From NCBI RefSeq assembly GCF_009914755.1, contig NC_060926.1: 64,000 nt of DNA; one strand, given 5' to 3'. Below the pieces are notes generated by a model, which was not told the DNA's origin, did no database searches, and was given only the letters and a program-made list of their open reading frames with translations. Each line of letters opens with the position of its first letter. Position 1 is the stretch's first letter. Origin of the DNA: the human T2T-CHM13v2.0 reference genome, Homo sapiens. This document shows positions 1 to 15,690 of the stretch, piece after piece. The position numbers and the translations under genes are program-made.

Positions 1-224
1 CTGGAAGACTCATGAGAGGTAGGTATGTAGGAAGCTGTGTATGGGTGACCCTCTCAAAAACAATGAAGACTGCTCACTGGCTATTCAGTCAAAAGCAACC
101 TCCACTTAAAGGAATGCAGTGGCATACTGGTCTTGACACTAGATCGAAGACGCTCCCTGGCTGGTGACAGTCTCCACCAGGATACTTGGCTGTCTCTACA
201 CAATGATTCCATTTATATTTTCTT

Positions 225-1079
225 TCTTTCTTTTTTTTATTATACTTTAAGTTCTAGGGTATATGTGCACAACATGCAGGTTTGTTACATATGTATACAT
301 GTGCCATGTTGGTGTGCTGCACCCATTAACTCGTCATTTACATTAGGTATATCTCCTAATGATATCCCTCCCCCCTCCCCCCACCCCCCACCCCACAACA
401 GGCCCCGGTGTGTGATGTTCCCCTTCCTGTGTCCAGCTGTTCTTATTGTTCAATTCCCACCTATGAGTGATAACATGTGGTGTTAGGTTTTTTGTCCTTG
501 CGATAGTTTGCTGAGAATGATGGTTTCCAGCTTCATCCATGTCCCTACAAAGGACATGAACTCATCATTTTTTATGGCTGCATAGTATTCCATGGTGTAG
601 ATGTGCCACATTTTCTTAATCCAGTCTATCATTGATGGACATTTGGCTTGGTTCCAAGTCTTTGCTACTGTGAATAGTGCCGCAATAAACATACGTGTGC
701 ATGTGTCTTTATAGCAGCATGATTTATAATCCTTTGGGTATATACGCTGTAATGGGATGGCTGGGTCAAATGGTATTTCTAGTTCTAGATCCTCAAGGAA
801 TTGCCACACTGATTTCCACAATGGTTGAACTAGTTTCCAGTCCCACCAACAGTGTAAAAGTGTTCCTATTTCTCCACATCCTCTCCAGAACCTGTTGTTT
901 CCTGACTTTTTAATGATTGCCATTCAAACTGATGTGAGATGGTATCTCATTGTGGTTTTGATTTGCATTTCTCTGATGGCCAGTGATAATGAGCATTTTT
1001 TCATGTATCTTTTGGCTGCATAAATGTCTTCTTTTAAGAAGTGTCAGTTCACATACTTCGCCCACTTTTTGATGGGGTT
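225..1079 (-). mobile_element. LINE-1 (L1PA3/L1PA4-like), 3' arm of a 5'-inverted insertion
   Basis: Poly(T) at 225-240, then antisense L1 3'UTR and ORF2 C-terminus (ORF 483..923: [15 protein letters not shown]...). Left TSD ATTTATATTTTCTT at 211-224. Confidence 0.95.
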
Positions 1080-2029
<950 letters not shown>

Positions 2030-2654
2030 ATTTATATTTTCTTAATCCTGAGTGGCATTCACCCTGTTCTCCTGTAGTGCAGACTCTTGTCGTGCTGTTC
2101 TATTCCCTCCAAAGGTCAAACTCCACTCACTCTCCTTCCGTAATCTCAGGTCAGGTCACTACACAGCCTTCTAGTCTGTAACATAAATTGTCATGGTAAT
2201 AAACACCACACGATGCCTCCTTCAGGACTTTTTATTTTAAAATATTTTTCTAAAAAAAAATTCCCTTCTTAAGAAAATTCCACAGAACTGCCTTTTAGAA
2301 ATAAAATATTTTAGAATTTTAAAACAAGTTTTCTTCACTGTGGGCTTTAAGAGCCTATTTTGGATGCTAAAAAAAACAACAAATAAAACACACATTCCAA
2401 CAAAAATAACAACACTCAATATTGACTATTCTTTTTTTCTTTTATGAAATTCTTGAGGCCAGGTGCATTTCTCTGATCGACCGGGGAAGGGTCATGTACA
2501 AGGAAGCAAAGGAAAACAAAGGAAAAAAAAACTCAATATTTCAAAACTTTTTTACATTGATCTTTTTAGTGTTTTATCCTTTTTGAATATATTTCTCATA
2601 GTTTCACATTTATTAACTCATGTAACCTCATAAGACATGCATGTTAACACAGAG

Positions 2655-2795
2655 GTCTGCTGCACTCAGATTCTAGGTTGAGTAGCCATAGCTTATTTTT
2701 TATGACTTAGTGCAAGAGGGCCTTGTGCTTAACCTCTTAAAGGCTCAGTTTACTCATTTTCAAATTTCGGCTGATAACAACATGTGTTTCATAGA
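2655..2795 (+). mobile_element. MIR SINE, 5' part (continues at about 4280-4330)
   Basis: CTTAACCTCTTAAAGGCTCAGTTTACTCATTTTCAAA resembles the MIR core. The downstream half GACTAAATGACAT...ACCATGCTGGC resumes after the ERV insert. Confidence 0.65.
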
Positions 2796-2819
2796 TTTGT
2801 TTGTTTGTTTGTTTGTTTT

Positions 2820-3429
2820 AATGGTTGAATACAGAGTCTATTCGAGCACAAAACTTGAAGACAGCTGCCTGGGAAACAAAAATTCCAAAGAATGGACGTC
2901 AATGTTCCAAAGGGTAGAAGTTTGGACTCATTTTATTAGACAAGGTTTGGGTAAGCTTTAACAGAATTTCAACATCTTTCTATACAAGGCTTACTGCATT
3001 GTTACAACAATCTGACTAGTTGAATTATCCTTTTTCTTTTAGGAAAATATATTTAACACTCCACAGTGAATATTTAACAGTCATGGTATCTTTGCTCCAG
3101 CTGATCTAAACACAGGACAATAAAAGACATGGTTAATCTACAACAAAGGTCAGTGATTAAAAGGGGAGGAGGCATGCCACTGCACTCCAGCCTGGGTGAC
3201 ACAGCGAGACTCCAGTACTCTGTCTCAAAAAAGAGAAGGGGAGGAGGCCTGGTCTCTGGTCTCTCCTAATCATTTACAGAACAATAACAGTGAGGAAGAG
3301 AGCTAACCTATAATCTAAGAAGCAAAAGTTTCAATTATATGCTACATGACTCATCATAGTCATCTCTCTCTCAAGGATTAAAATGTTTTTTGGGGTTTCA
3401 ACAGCTTTTACATTTTGTTTGTTTTCACA
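2820..3429 (-). mobile_element. ERV1 (MER4-group, tentatively MER89/LTR24-like) 3' LTR, U3-R only
   Basis: Minus strand starts TGTGAAAAC directly after a polypurine tract (AAAGGGGAAA, 3430-3439). It ends about 17 nt after a degenerate poly(A) signal AATAGA (2837-2842) and is followed by an (AAAC)n tail at 2796-2819. Confidence 0.75.
3174..3235 (+). mobile_element. Extremely 5'-truncated Alu (about 50 bp + A tail)
   Basis: GCCACTGCACTCCAGCCTGGGTGAC...TGTCTCAAAAAA. TSD AAGGGGAGGAGGC at 3161-3173 and 3236-3248; TT/AAAA site. Confidence 0.9.
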
Positions 3430-3494
3430 TTTCCCCTTTGTCATCAAGATTGTTTGAGGAAGTCATCATAGAAAAACTCAGTAGTTTTGCCTCC

Positions 3495-3798
<304 letters not shown>

Positions 3799-4019
3799 TT
3801 TTGCCTCCTGTTATGTTCAGAAATTTAGTCCCATGTTGCTAGGAAGGCTTATTCCTAGAATGTCATGTCTTCCAGTGAGGGGGGATTGATTGGATGAGCT
3901 ATAAAGCTGATAAGAGTATAGGTTGGATGTAAAGCAACATGAAGACAGTGACTTTGTGAACTGTGTCAGGCTAAACAGCTACATCTTTAATGAAGCCAAT
4001 TCTTTACATGACCACTGTT

Positions 4020-4279
4020 TTAGTCTTTTCAGTAGTGCATTGACTCCATTGCAAACAGCAGCAGTGAAAACTAAAGCTGAGCAAAACACAACATATGATT
4101 ATAATTCCTAGAATAAGTAGCAGCTTTTGCTACCAAGTTCCCCAAGACCTAAATCAGCTGCTTAGCCAATTGCTCAGGAAGAGTCTTGGATCTGAAAGGC
4201 TAATTATTTGGAGTTTCATATCTGCCATTAATTTAGTGATGTTTTCTGAATCAGCTGGAATATAGACCCAGTACTCATT
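4020..4279 (-). pseudogene. Retroviral envelope TM-subunit remnant (gamma-like, EnvR(b)/PABL-type)
   Basis: My translation: NEYWVYIPADSENITKLMADMKLQIISLSDPRLFLSNWLSS*FRSWGTW*QKLLLILGIIIICCVLLSFSFHCCCLQWSQ. It shows a degenerate (E)CCVYIP motif, an NIT sequon, a Trp-rich MPER, a hydrophobic TM segment and a Cys-rich tail. Both stops are one change from TGG. Confidence 0.75.
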
Positions 4280-4874
4280 AGGTTTTATAAAGACTAAATG
4301 ACATACATTTTAAAACACCATGCTGGCTTGAAGGACCCATCTTCTCTCATCTTGTTCATCAACATCAACTTCCAAGAAATATATTCTAGTATCCCTAGTT
4401 AAGCTTTACCTTTTCTTTACTCCCTTTTTGATCTTTAAAAATCAAATTTGTTTACATATCTATTTTCTGGCAGAGCATTTAGTTTTACAAATTCAAAGTT
4501 TGTGTTTTTCATCTGTGTGACTCTCCCACCAAACCTGTGACAGCACCTAAACAACTATCTCACACTGGGACTTATTTATTTTAAAGTTTTGAACTTTTTG
4601 CTGGCTTTCCAAGAACATAGATGCTCATCGTAGACAACCCTGAAGGAACAAGAAACTAGAAACCCACAGACAATCAACAACAGTTATCATTTTACCATGA
4701 TCACTTTAATTAAATATTTTAAAAATTGTTTATATTGAAGAGAAGTGCATCACTCAAAAGTGCAGAGCTTGATGAATTTCCACAAAGACCTTCCTGATGT
4801 AACGGTTACGCAGATCAAGCGACTGAGCAGTACCAGCAACCAAGAAATCTCTCTATTCCTTCTCCCAATCTCTG

Positions 4875-5389
4875 CCTCATTCTCCTACTTTTCAGTTGCT
4901 ACTGTAACAAATTACCACAAACTTAGTGGTTTCATTTATTTTCTCTTACAGTTCTGGGTTCAGAAGTTTGTTAGAGCTCTATTCCTTCTGGAGGCTTCAG
5001 AGGAAAATCTGTTTCCTTACATTTTGTAGCTTCTAGAGTCCACCTGCATTCCGTGGCCTGTGTCCCCTTCTTCTGTCTTCAAAACTCATCACACCAACTT
5101 CTGGTTTCATTGTCACTTAACATTTTTTCTAACTTCTAACTCAAATGACATTCAACATTGTTATGTCATTTTCATTCAACACCTTTTTCTTTTATTCCTC
5201 CTGTTTTCCTCTTACAAGGACTTTTATAATTATATTGGGCCCACCCAGATGAACCAGGATAGTCTACCCATCTCAATGTCCTTACCTTCATCACATCTGT
5301 CATTCCTTTTGCTATATAAGGTAACTTATTCACAGTTCTGAGGATTAGGATGGGGACATCTTTAGGGAGGCAATGTTCTGTGTACCACA
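4875..5389 (-). mobile_element. MaLR LTR (MLT1B/C/D-like)
   Basis: CTGTAACAAATTACCACAAACTTAGTGG...ATTGGGCCCACCCAGATGAACCAGGATA...TACCACA terminus. Confidence 0.85.
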
Positions 5390-5793
5390 GTGACTATTAA
5401 CATGACTTTTAATAATATAGATTTGTTTTTCTGTTTTCAAGGTTATATAAATGCAATCTTTATATAAATGTACCCTTTGATGTCCGACATATTTTATTCA
5501 ACATTGTATTTGTGAGGTTATCCATTCTGTTGTGCATAGAAGTAGTTTGATAACAACTTTCATCACTGTGTGGTATTTCATTGTAGGACTATACTATAAT
5601 GTACTTATCCTATTATTGATAAACTTTTAAAATTTTTTAGCTATTATGAATAATACTGTTATAATTTATCTTTTACATTTCTTTTAATATATGTATGTGT
5701 GTGCATGTTTCTATTGCATATATGTTTAAGTGGACTTTCTGGGCCACAGTGTATCTATACGTTCAACTTTGTAGATACCTATAGCCACTTTTC

Positions 5794-7094
<1,301 letters not shown>

Positions 7095-7903
7095 CTATCA
7101 GAGCAGTAGAGTTTCAGACTCCACATTCTTGCCAACATGTGTATCAGTGTTTTCCATTTTAAACATTCTGGTGGATATATAGTAGTATTTTAATTTGCAT
7201 GTCTACTACTGTCTAACACTTTTTGATATGTCTCTTGTCCAATTGGATATTCTGTTTTTGTAAAGTATTCTTCAGGGTTTTGCTCAGTTTTCTACCTATG
7301 ACGGATGTCTTTATATCATTGATTTCTCTGAATTTTTCATATGCTGAATAAAAATCTTTCAATGGCTATATGTGTGGCAAATATTGTCTTCCATTCTATG
7401 GCTTGCTCTTTTAATTTCTTAGTGGTACAAAGTGACAAATAGAAATTCTTAATGTTAGAAATTAATTTCATTTTTTTCACATATTTATAGTTTCTTTTGT
7501 GTCCTTTGTAAGACATTTTATCTACCCTCCTCAGATAATAAAAACATTTTTCTGTTTTATCTTCCAGAAGCATTATTATTTTTTCATTTTTCTTTTAAAT
7601 CTAAATGAAAATTAATGTTGTGTCTGCTGTGATACAAAAGTAAACATTTAATTTCTTTTTATAATAAATTATATATTCTTTTAAATTGGACTTTTTGGTC
7701 ATTTTTGAGCCAATTTTACATTCTATTAGTTATTGTAACTTTGTAAGTCTTGTTAACCTAGCAGTATAAGTCCTTCAACTTTATTTTTCTTCTTTAAGAT
7801 TGTTGCAGCTAATTTTGTCTCTTTATACTTCTCATATTTAAAATATTACCTTCCTTTGATGCCATTTCATCCAGCTAACATTCTAAGTCCCCACTTTTTT
7901 TTT

Positions 7904-10900
7904 TATTGTTATACTTTAAGTTCTGGGATACACATGCAGAAAGTGCAGGTTTGTTACATAGGTATACACATGCCATGGTGGTTTGGTGCACCCATCAACT
8001 GTCATCTACATTAGGTATTTCTCCTAAAGCTATCCCTCCCCTAGACCCCCACCCACCAACAGGCCATGGTGTGTGATGTTCCCCTCCCTGTGTCCATGTG
8101 TTCTCATTGTTCAACTCTCACTTATGAGTGAGAACATGCAGTGTTTGGTTTTCTGTTCATGTGTTAGTTTGCTGAGAATGATGGTTTGCAGCTTCATCCA
8201 TGTCTCTGCCAAGGACTTGAACACATGCTTTTTATGGCTGCATAGTATTCCATGGTGTATATGTGCCACATTTTCTTTATCCAGTCTATCATTGATGGGC
8301 AATCGGGTTAGTTCCAAGTCTTTACTATTGTGAATAGTGCTGCAATAAACATATGTGTCCATGTGTCTTTATAGTAGAATGCTTACAGTCCTTTGGGTAT
8401 ATACTGAGTAATGGGATTGCTGGGTCAAATGGTATTTCTGGTTTTAGATCCTTGAGGAATTGCCACACTGTCTTCCATAATGGTTGAACTAATTTACACT
8501 CCCACCAACAGTGTAAAAGCATTCCTATTTCTCCACATCCTCTCCAGCATCTGTTGTTTCCTGACTTTTTAATGATCACCATTCTAATTGGTGTGAGATG
8601 GTATCACACTGTGGTTTTGATTTGCATTTCTCTAATGACCAGTGATGATGAGCTTCTTTTCATATGCTTGTTGGCCACATAAATGTCTTCTTTTGAGAAG
8701 TGTCTGTTCATATCCTTCACCCACTTTTTGATGGGGTTATTTGTTTTTTTCTTGTAAATTTAAGTTCCTTGTAGATTCTGGATGTTAGCCCTTTATCAGA
8801 TGGATAGATTGCAAAAATTTTCTCCCATTCTGCAGGTTGCCTGTTTCCTCTGATAATAGTTTCTTTTCCTGTGCAGAAGCTCTTAATATACTTATATTCT
8901 ATTTGTCTATTTTGGCTTTTATTGCCATTGCTTTTGGTGTTTTAGTCGTGAAGTCTTTGCCCATGCCTATGTCCTGAATGGTATTGTCTAGGTTTTCTTC
9001 TAGGGTTTTTATGGTTTTAGGTCTTAAATTTAAGTATTTAATCCATCCTGAGTTAATTTTTGTATAAGGTGTAAGGAAGGGGTCCAGTTTCAGTTTTCTG
9101 CATATGGCTAGCCAGTTTTCCCAATACCACTTATTAAGTAAGGAATCCTTTCCCCATTGCTTGTTTTTTTCAGGTTTGTCAAAGATCAGATGCTTGTAGA
9201 TGTGTGGCATTATTTCTGAGGGCTCTGTTCTGTTCCATTGGTCTATATGTATGTTTTGGTACCAGTACCATGCTGTTTTGGTTACCGTAGGTTTGTAGTA
9301 TAGTTTAAAGTCAGGTCGCATCATGCCTCCAGCTTTATTCTTTTTCCTTAGGATTGTCTTGGCTATATGAGCTCCTTTTTTCATTCCATATAGAATTTAA
9401 AGTAGTTTTTTTCTAATTCTGTGAAGAAAGTCAATTATAGCTTGATGGGGATAGCATTGAATCTATAAATTACTTTGGGCAGTATGGCCATTTTCACGAT
9501 ATTGAGTCTTCCTATCTATGAGCATGGAATGTTTTTCCATTTGTTTGTGTCCTCTCTTATTTCCTTGATTAATGATTTGTAATTCTCTTTGAAGAGGTCC
9601 TTCACATCCCTTGTAAGTTGTATTACTAGGTATTTTATTCTCTTCATAGCAATTGTGAATGGGAGTTCACTCATGATTTGGCTCTCTGTCTGTTATTGGT
9701 GTATAGGGATGCTTGTAATTCTTGCACATTAATTTTGTATCCTTAGAGTTTGCTGAAGTTGCTTATCAGCTTAAGGAGATTTTGGGCTGAGACAATGGGG
9801 CCTTCTAAATATGCAATCATGTCATCTGCAAACAGAGACAATTTGAATTCCTCTCTTCCTATTTGAATACCCTTTATTTATTTCTCTTGCCTGATTGCCC
9901 TGGCCAGAACTTCCAATACCATGTCGAAAAGGAGTGGTGAGAGACGGCATCCTTGTCTTGTGCCAATTTTCAAAGGGAATGCTTCCAGCCTTTGCCCATT
10001 CATTATGATATTGCCTGTGGGTTTGTCATAAATAGCTCTTATTATTTTTGAGGTACATTCCATTAATACCTAGTTCATTGAGAGTTTTTAGCTTGATATT
10101 GTGTAGAATTTTATCTAAGGCCTTTTCTGCATCTATGGAAATAATCATATGGTTTTTGTCATTGGTTCTGTTTATGTGACGGATTATGTTTATTGATTTG
10201 CATATGTTGAGCCAGCCTTGCATCCCAGGGATGAAGCCGACTTGACCATGATAGATAAGCTTTTTGATGTGCTGCTGGATTCGGTTTGCCAGTATTCTGT
10301 TGAGGATTTTCACATCGATATTCAGCAGGGACATTGGCCTGAAATTTTCTCTTTTTGTTGTGTCTCTGCCAGGTTTTGGTGTCAGGATGATGCTGGGCTC
10401 ATTAAATGAGTTAGGGAGGATTCTCTCTTTTTCTATTGTTTGGAATAGTTTCAGAAGGAATGGTACCAGCTCCTCTTTGTGCCTATGGTAGAATTTGGCT
10501 GTGAATCCGTCTAGTCCTGGACTTTTTTTGATTGGTAGGCAATGCTGTGCTGAGAAGAATGTATATTCTGTTGATTTTGTGTGGAGAGTCCTGTAGATGT
10601 CTATTAGGTCTGCTTGGTCCAGAGCTGAGTGCAAGTCCTGAATATCCTTGTTAATTTTCTGTCTGATTGATCTGTCTAATATTGACAATGGGTTGATAAA
10701 CTTTCCCACTATTATTGTGTGGGAGTCTAAGTCTCTTTGCAGGTCTCTAAGAGCTTGCTTTATGAATCTGGGTGCTCCTGTATTGGGTGCACATGTATTC
10801 AGGATAGTTAGCTCTTCTTGTTTCATTGATCCCTTTACCATTATGTAATGCCCTTCTTTGTGTTTTTAGATCTTTGTTGGTTTAAAGTCTGTTTTATCAG

Positions 10901-13499
10901 AGATTAGGATTGTAAACCCTGCTTTTTTTTTGCTTTACATTTTCCTGGTAAATATTCCTCCATCCCTTTATTTTGAGCCTATGTGTGTCTTTCCATGTGA
11001 GATGGATCTCCTTAATACAGCACACCAACGGGTCTTGACTCTATCCAATTTGCCAGTCTGTGTCTTTTAAATGGGGCATTAGGCCATTTACATTTAAGGT
11101 TAATATTGTTATGTGTTATGTTACAATTTGGTATGTTTTTGCAGTGGGTGATACTGGTTTTTCTTTTCCATATTTAGCGTTTCTTTTGGGAGCTTTTGTA
11201 AGGCAGGCCTGGTGGTGACAAAATCTCTCAGCATTTGCATGTCTGTAAATGATTTTATTTCTCCTTCGCTTATGAAGCTTAGTTTAGCTGGATATGAAAT
11301 TCTGGGTTGAAAATTGTTTTCTTTAAGAATGTTGAATATTGGCCCCCATTCTCTTCTGGCTTGCAGAGTTTCTGCAGAGAGATCCGCTGTTAGTCTGATA
11401 GGCTTCCCTTTGTGGATAACCCAGTCTTTCTCTCTGGCTGCCCTTAACATTTTTTCCTTCTTTTCAACCTTGGTGAATCTGACGATTATGTGTCTTGGGA
11501 TTGCTCTTCTCAAGGAGTATCTTTTTGGTGTCCTCTGTATTTCCTGAATTTGAATGTTGGCCTCTCTTGCTAGGTTGGGGAAGTTCTCCTGGATAATATT
11601 CTGAAGAGTGTTTTCCAACTTAGTTCCATTCTCCCCATCACTTTCAGGTATACCAATCAAACGTAGATTTGGTCTTTTCACGTAGTTCCATATTTCTTGG
11701 AGGCTTTGTTCATTCCTTTTCATTCTTCTTTCTCTAATCTTGTCTTCACGCTTTATTTCATTAAGTTGATCTTCAAACTCTGATATCCTTTCTTCCACTT
11801 GATTGATTTGGCTATTGATATTTTTTGTGCTTCAAGAAGTTCTCATGCTGTGGTTTTCAGGTCCATCAGGTCATTTATGTTCTTTTCTAAACTGGCTATC
11901 CTAGTTAGCAATTTGTCTAACCTTTTTTCAAGGTTCTTAGTTTCCTCCCATTGGGTTACAATATGCTCCTTTAGCTTGGAGGAGTTTGTTATTACCCACT
12001 TCTGAAGCCTACTTCCATCAATTCGTCAAGCGGATTCTCCATCTAGTTTTGTTCCCTGCTGGTGAGGAGTTGTTATCCTGTGGAGGAGAAGAGGCATTCT
12101 GGTTTTTGGAATTTTTAGCTTTTTTGTGCTGATTTTTCCTTATCTTTGTGGATTTATCTACCTTTGGTCTTTGATGTTGGTGAACTTAAGAATTTTTTTT
12201 TTTTGGATGTCCTTTTTGTTGATGTTGATCCTATTCCTTTCTGTTCCTTAGTTTTCTTTTTTCTAACCGTCAGGCTCCTCTGCTGCAGGTCTGCTGGAGT
12301 TTGCTGGAGGTCTGCTCCAGACCCTGTGTGCTTGGGTATCACCAGTGGAGGCTGCAGAACAGCAAAGATTGCTGCCTGTTCCTCCCTCTAGAAGCTGTGT
12401 CCCAGAAGGGCACCCACCAGATGCCAGCCGGAGCTCTTCTGTATGAGGTGTCTGTTGACCCCTGCTGGGAGGTGTCTCCCAGTCAGGAGGCATGAAAGTC
12501 AGTGACCCACTTGAGGAGGCAGTCTGTCTCTTAGCAGAGCTCGAGTGCTGTGCTAGGAGATCCACCACTCTCTTCAGAGCCGGCAGGCAGGAACATTTAA
12601 GTCTGCTGAAGCTGCACCCACAGCCCCCCATTCCCCCAGGTGCTCTGTCCCAGGGAGATGGGAGTTTTATCTATAAGCCCCTGACTGGGGCTGCTGCCTT
12701 TCTTTCAGAGATGACCTGCCCAGAGAGGAGGAATCTAGAGAAGCAGTCTGGCTACAGCGGCTTTGCTGACCTGTGGCGGGCTCTGCCCAGTTGGAACTTC
12801 CTGAGGGTTTGTTTACACTGTGAGGGGAAAACAGCCTACTCAAGCCTCAGTAATGGTGGATGACCCTCCCCTCACCCAGCTGGAGTGTCCCAGGTCAACT
12901 TCAGACTGCTGTGCTGGCAGTGAGAATTTCAAGCTAGTGGATCTTAGCTTGCTGGGCTCCATGGGAGTAGGATCCACTGAGCTAGACCATTTGGCTCCCT
13001 GGCTTCAGACCCCTTTCCAGGGGAGTGAACGATTCTTTCTAACTCGCTTTCCAGGTGCCACTGGGGTATAGAAAAACAACAACAACAAAAAACCTACAGC
13101 AGCTAGCTCAGTGTCTTCCCAAATGGCCACCCAGTTTTTTGCTTGAAACCCAGGGCCCTGGTGGTATAGGCACCTGAGGGAATCTCCTGGTCTATGGGTT
13201 GCAAGCATCCTGGGAAAAGTGTAGCATCTGGGCGGGAATGCACTGTTCCTCAAAACACAATCCCTCATGGCTTCTCTTGGCTGGGGAGGGAGTTCCCCAA
13301 CCCCTTGCGCTTCCCGGGTGACCAATGCCCTACCCTGCTTCAGCTTGCCCTCCATGGGCTTCACTCACCATCTAATCAGTCCCAGTGAAATGAGCCAGAT
13401 ACCTCAGTTGGAAATGCGGAAATCACCCACCTTCTGTGTTGATCTCACTGGGAGCTGCAGACCAGAGCTCTTCCTATTCGGCCGTCTTGCCAGCCACAG
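7904..13499 (-). mobile_element. Full-length LINE-1 L1PA7-like with two internal deletions
   Basis: The 5' end reads GGCTGGCAAGACGGCCGAATAGGAA on the minus strand. ORF1 remnant at 11121..11798, ORF2 remnants, 3'UTR and poly(A) are present. TSD CCCCACTTTTTTTTT at 7889-7903 and 13500-13514, TTTT/AA site. Confidence 0.95.
11121..12143 (-). pseudogene. L1 ORF1p remnant
   Basis: 225-aa open C-terminal part (YVKRPNLRLIG...ARREWG...YPAKLSF). The initiator appears mutated ATG>ATA at 12141-12143. Confidence 0.9.
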
Positions 13500-13529
13500 C
13501 CCCACTTTTTTTTTAAGACAAATTTTTAG

Positions 13530-13870
13530 GTAGAGATCCTGAACACACTATTTTCATTTTGTTATCTCCACTTAACACTAGTATGACTTCTCTCCATTAC
13601 ACTGCATACCCTCCCTCTAACATACTAGATTCCTTGAGCACCTGTTGAAAAATCCAGTGATCATTCTTCCTTCTTCATTTTATTTGAACTCTCAGAAGCA
13701 TTCAAAACAGTTCACCATTTTCTACTTCTTGAAATGCTCTTTTCTCTTAGATGCTAGAATCCCTAACCCTCCCTCAAGTTCCTTCTACCTCACATGCTGT
13801 TTTGTGAAATCTCTTTTGCTTTAGTTTCTCCTCTATTGGACCTATAAATGTCAGCATTTTCCAGAGCTGG
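13530..13870 (+). mobile_element. L2 fragment
   Basis: AAATCCAGTGATCATTC...ATTTGAACTCTCAGAAGCATTCAAAACAGTTCACCAT...CTTCTTGAAA matches the L2 pattern. Confidence 0.75.
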
Positions 13871-14179
13871 TTTTCATGCGTTTTGTAGCGATTTTTAATC
13901 ATTAATTATAATGTAAGCTATTGCTTTGAGATTATTTTATAATGTTAGGGAAGTTCTTGACAGGAGTGGTGTTAAATTATATCAAATTATGTTCAACAGT
14001 ATTACATATGCAAATTTAAGCCAGAATAAGATACCATTATATGTCCACCAGAATGGGTAAAATGGAAAACACTGACAAATACAAAGTGTTGACAAGGGTG
14101 TGAAGCAATTAGAACTCTACTAACTTGTTGGCGAAAGTGTACATTTGCATATAAACTTCAAAGTTTTGAAAGTAATATT

Positions 14180-15690
<1,511 letters not shown>

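Noticed and set aside
1-210. Possible ERVL/LTR remnant continuing at 2044-2215
   Set aside because: The resemblance is too weak to assign without a profile search.
366-396. G-quadruplex-forming tract on the minus strand
   Set aside because: Standard L1 3'UTR G-rich tract with a minor expansion.
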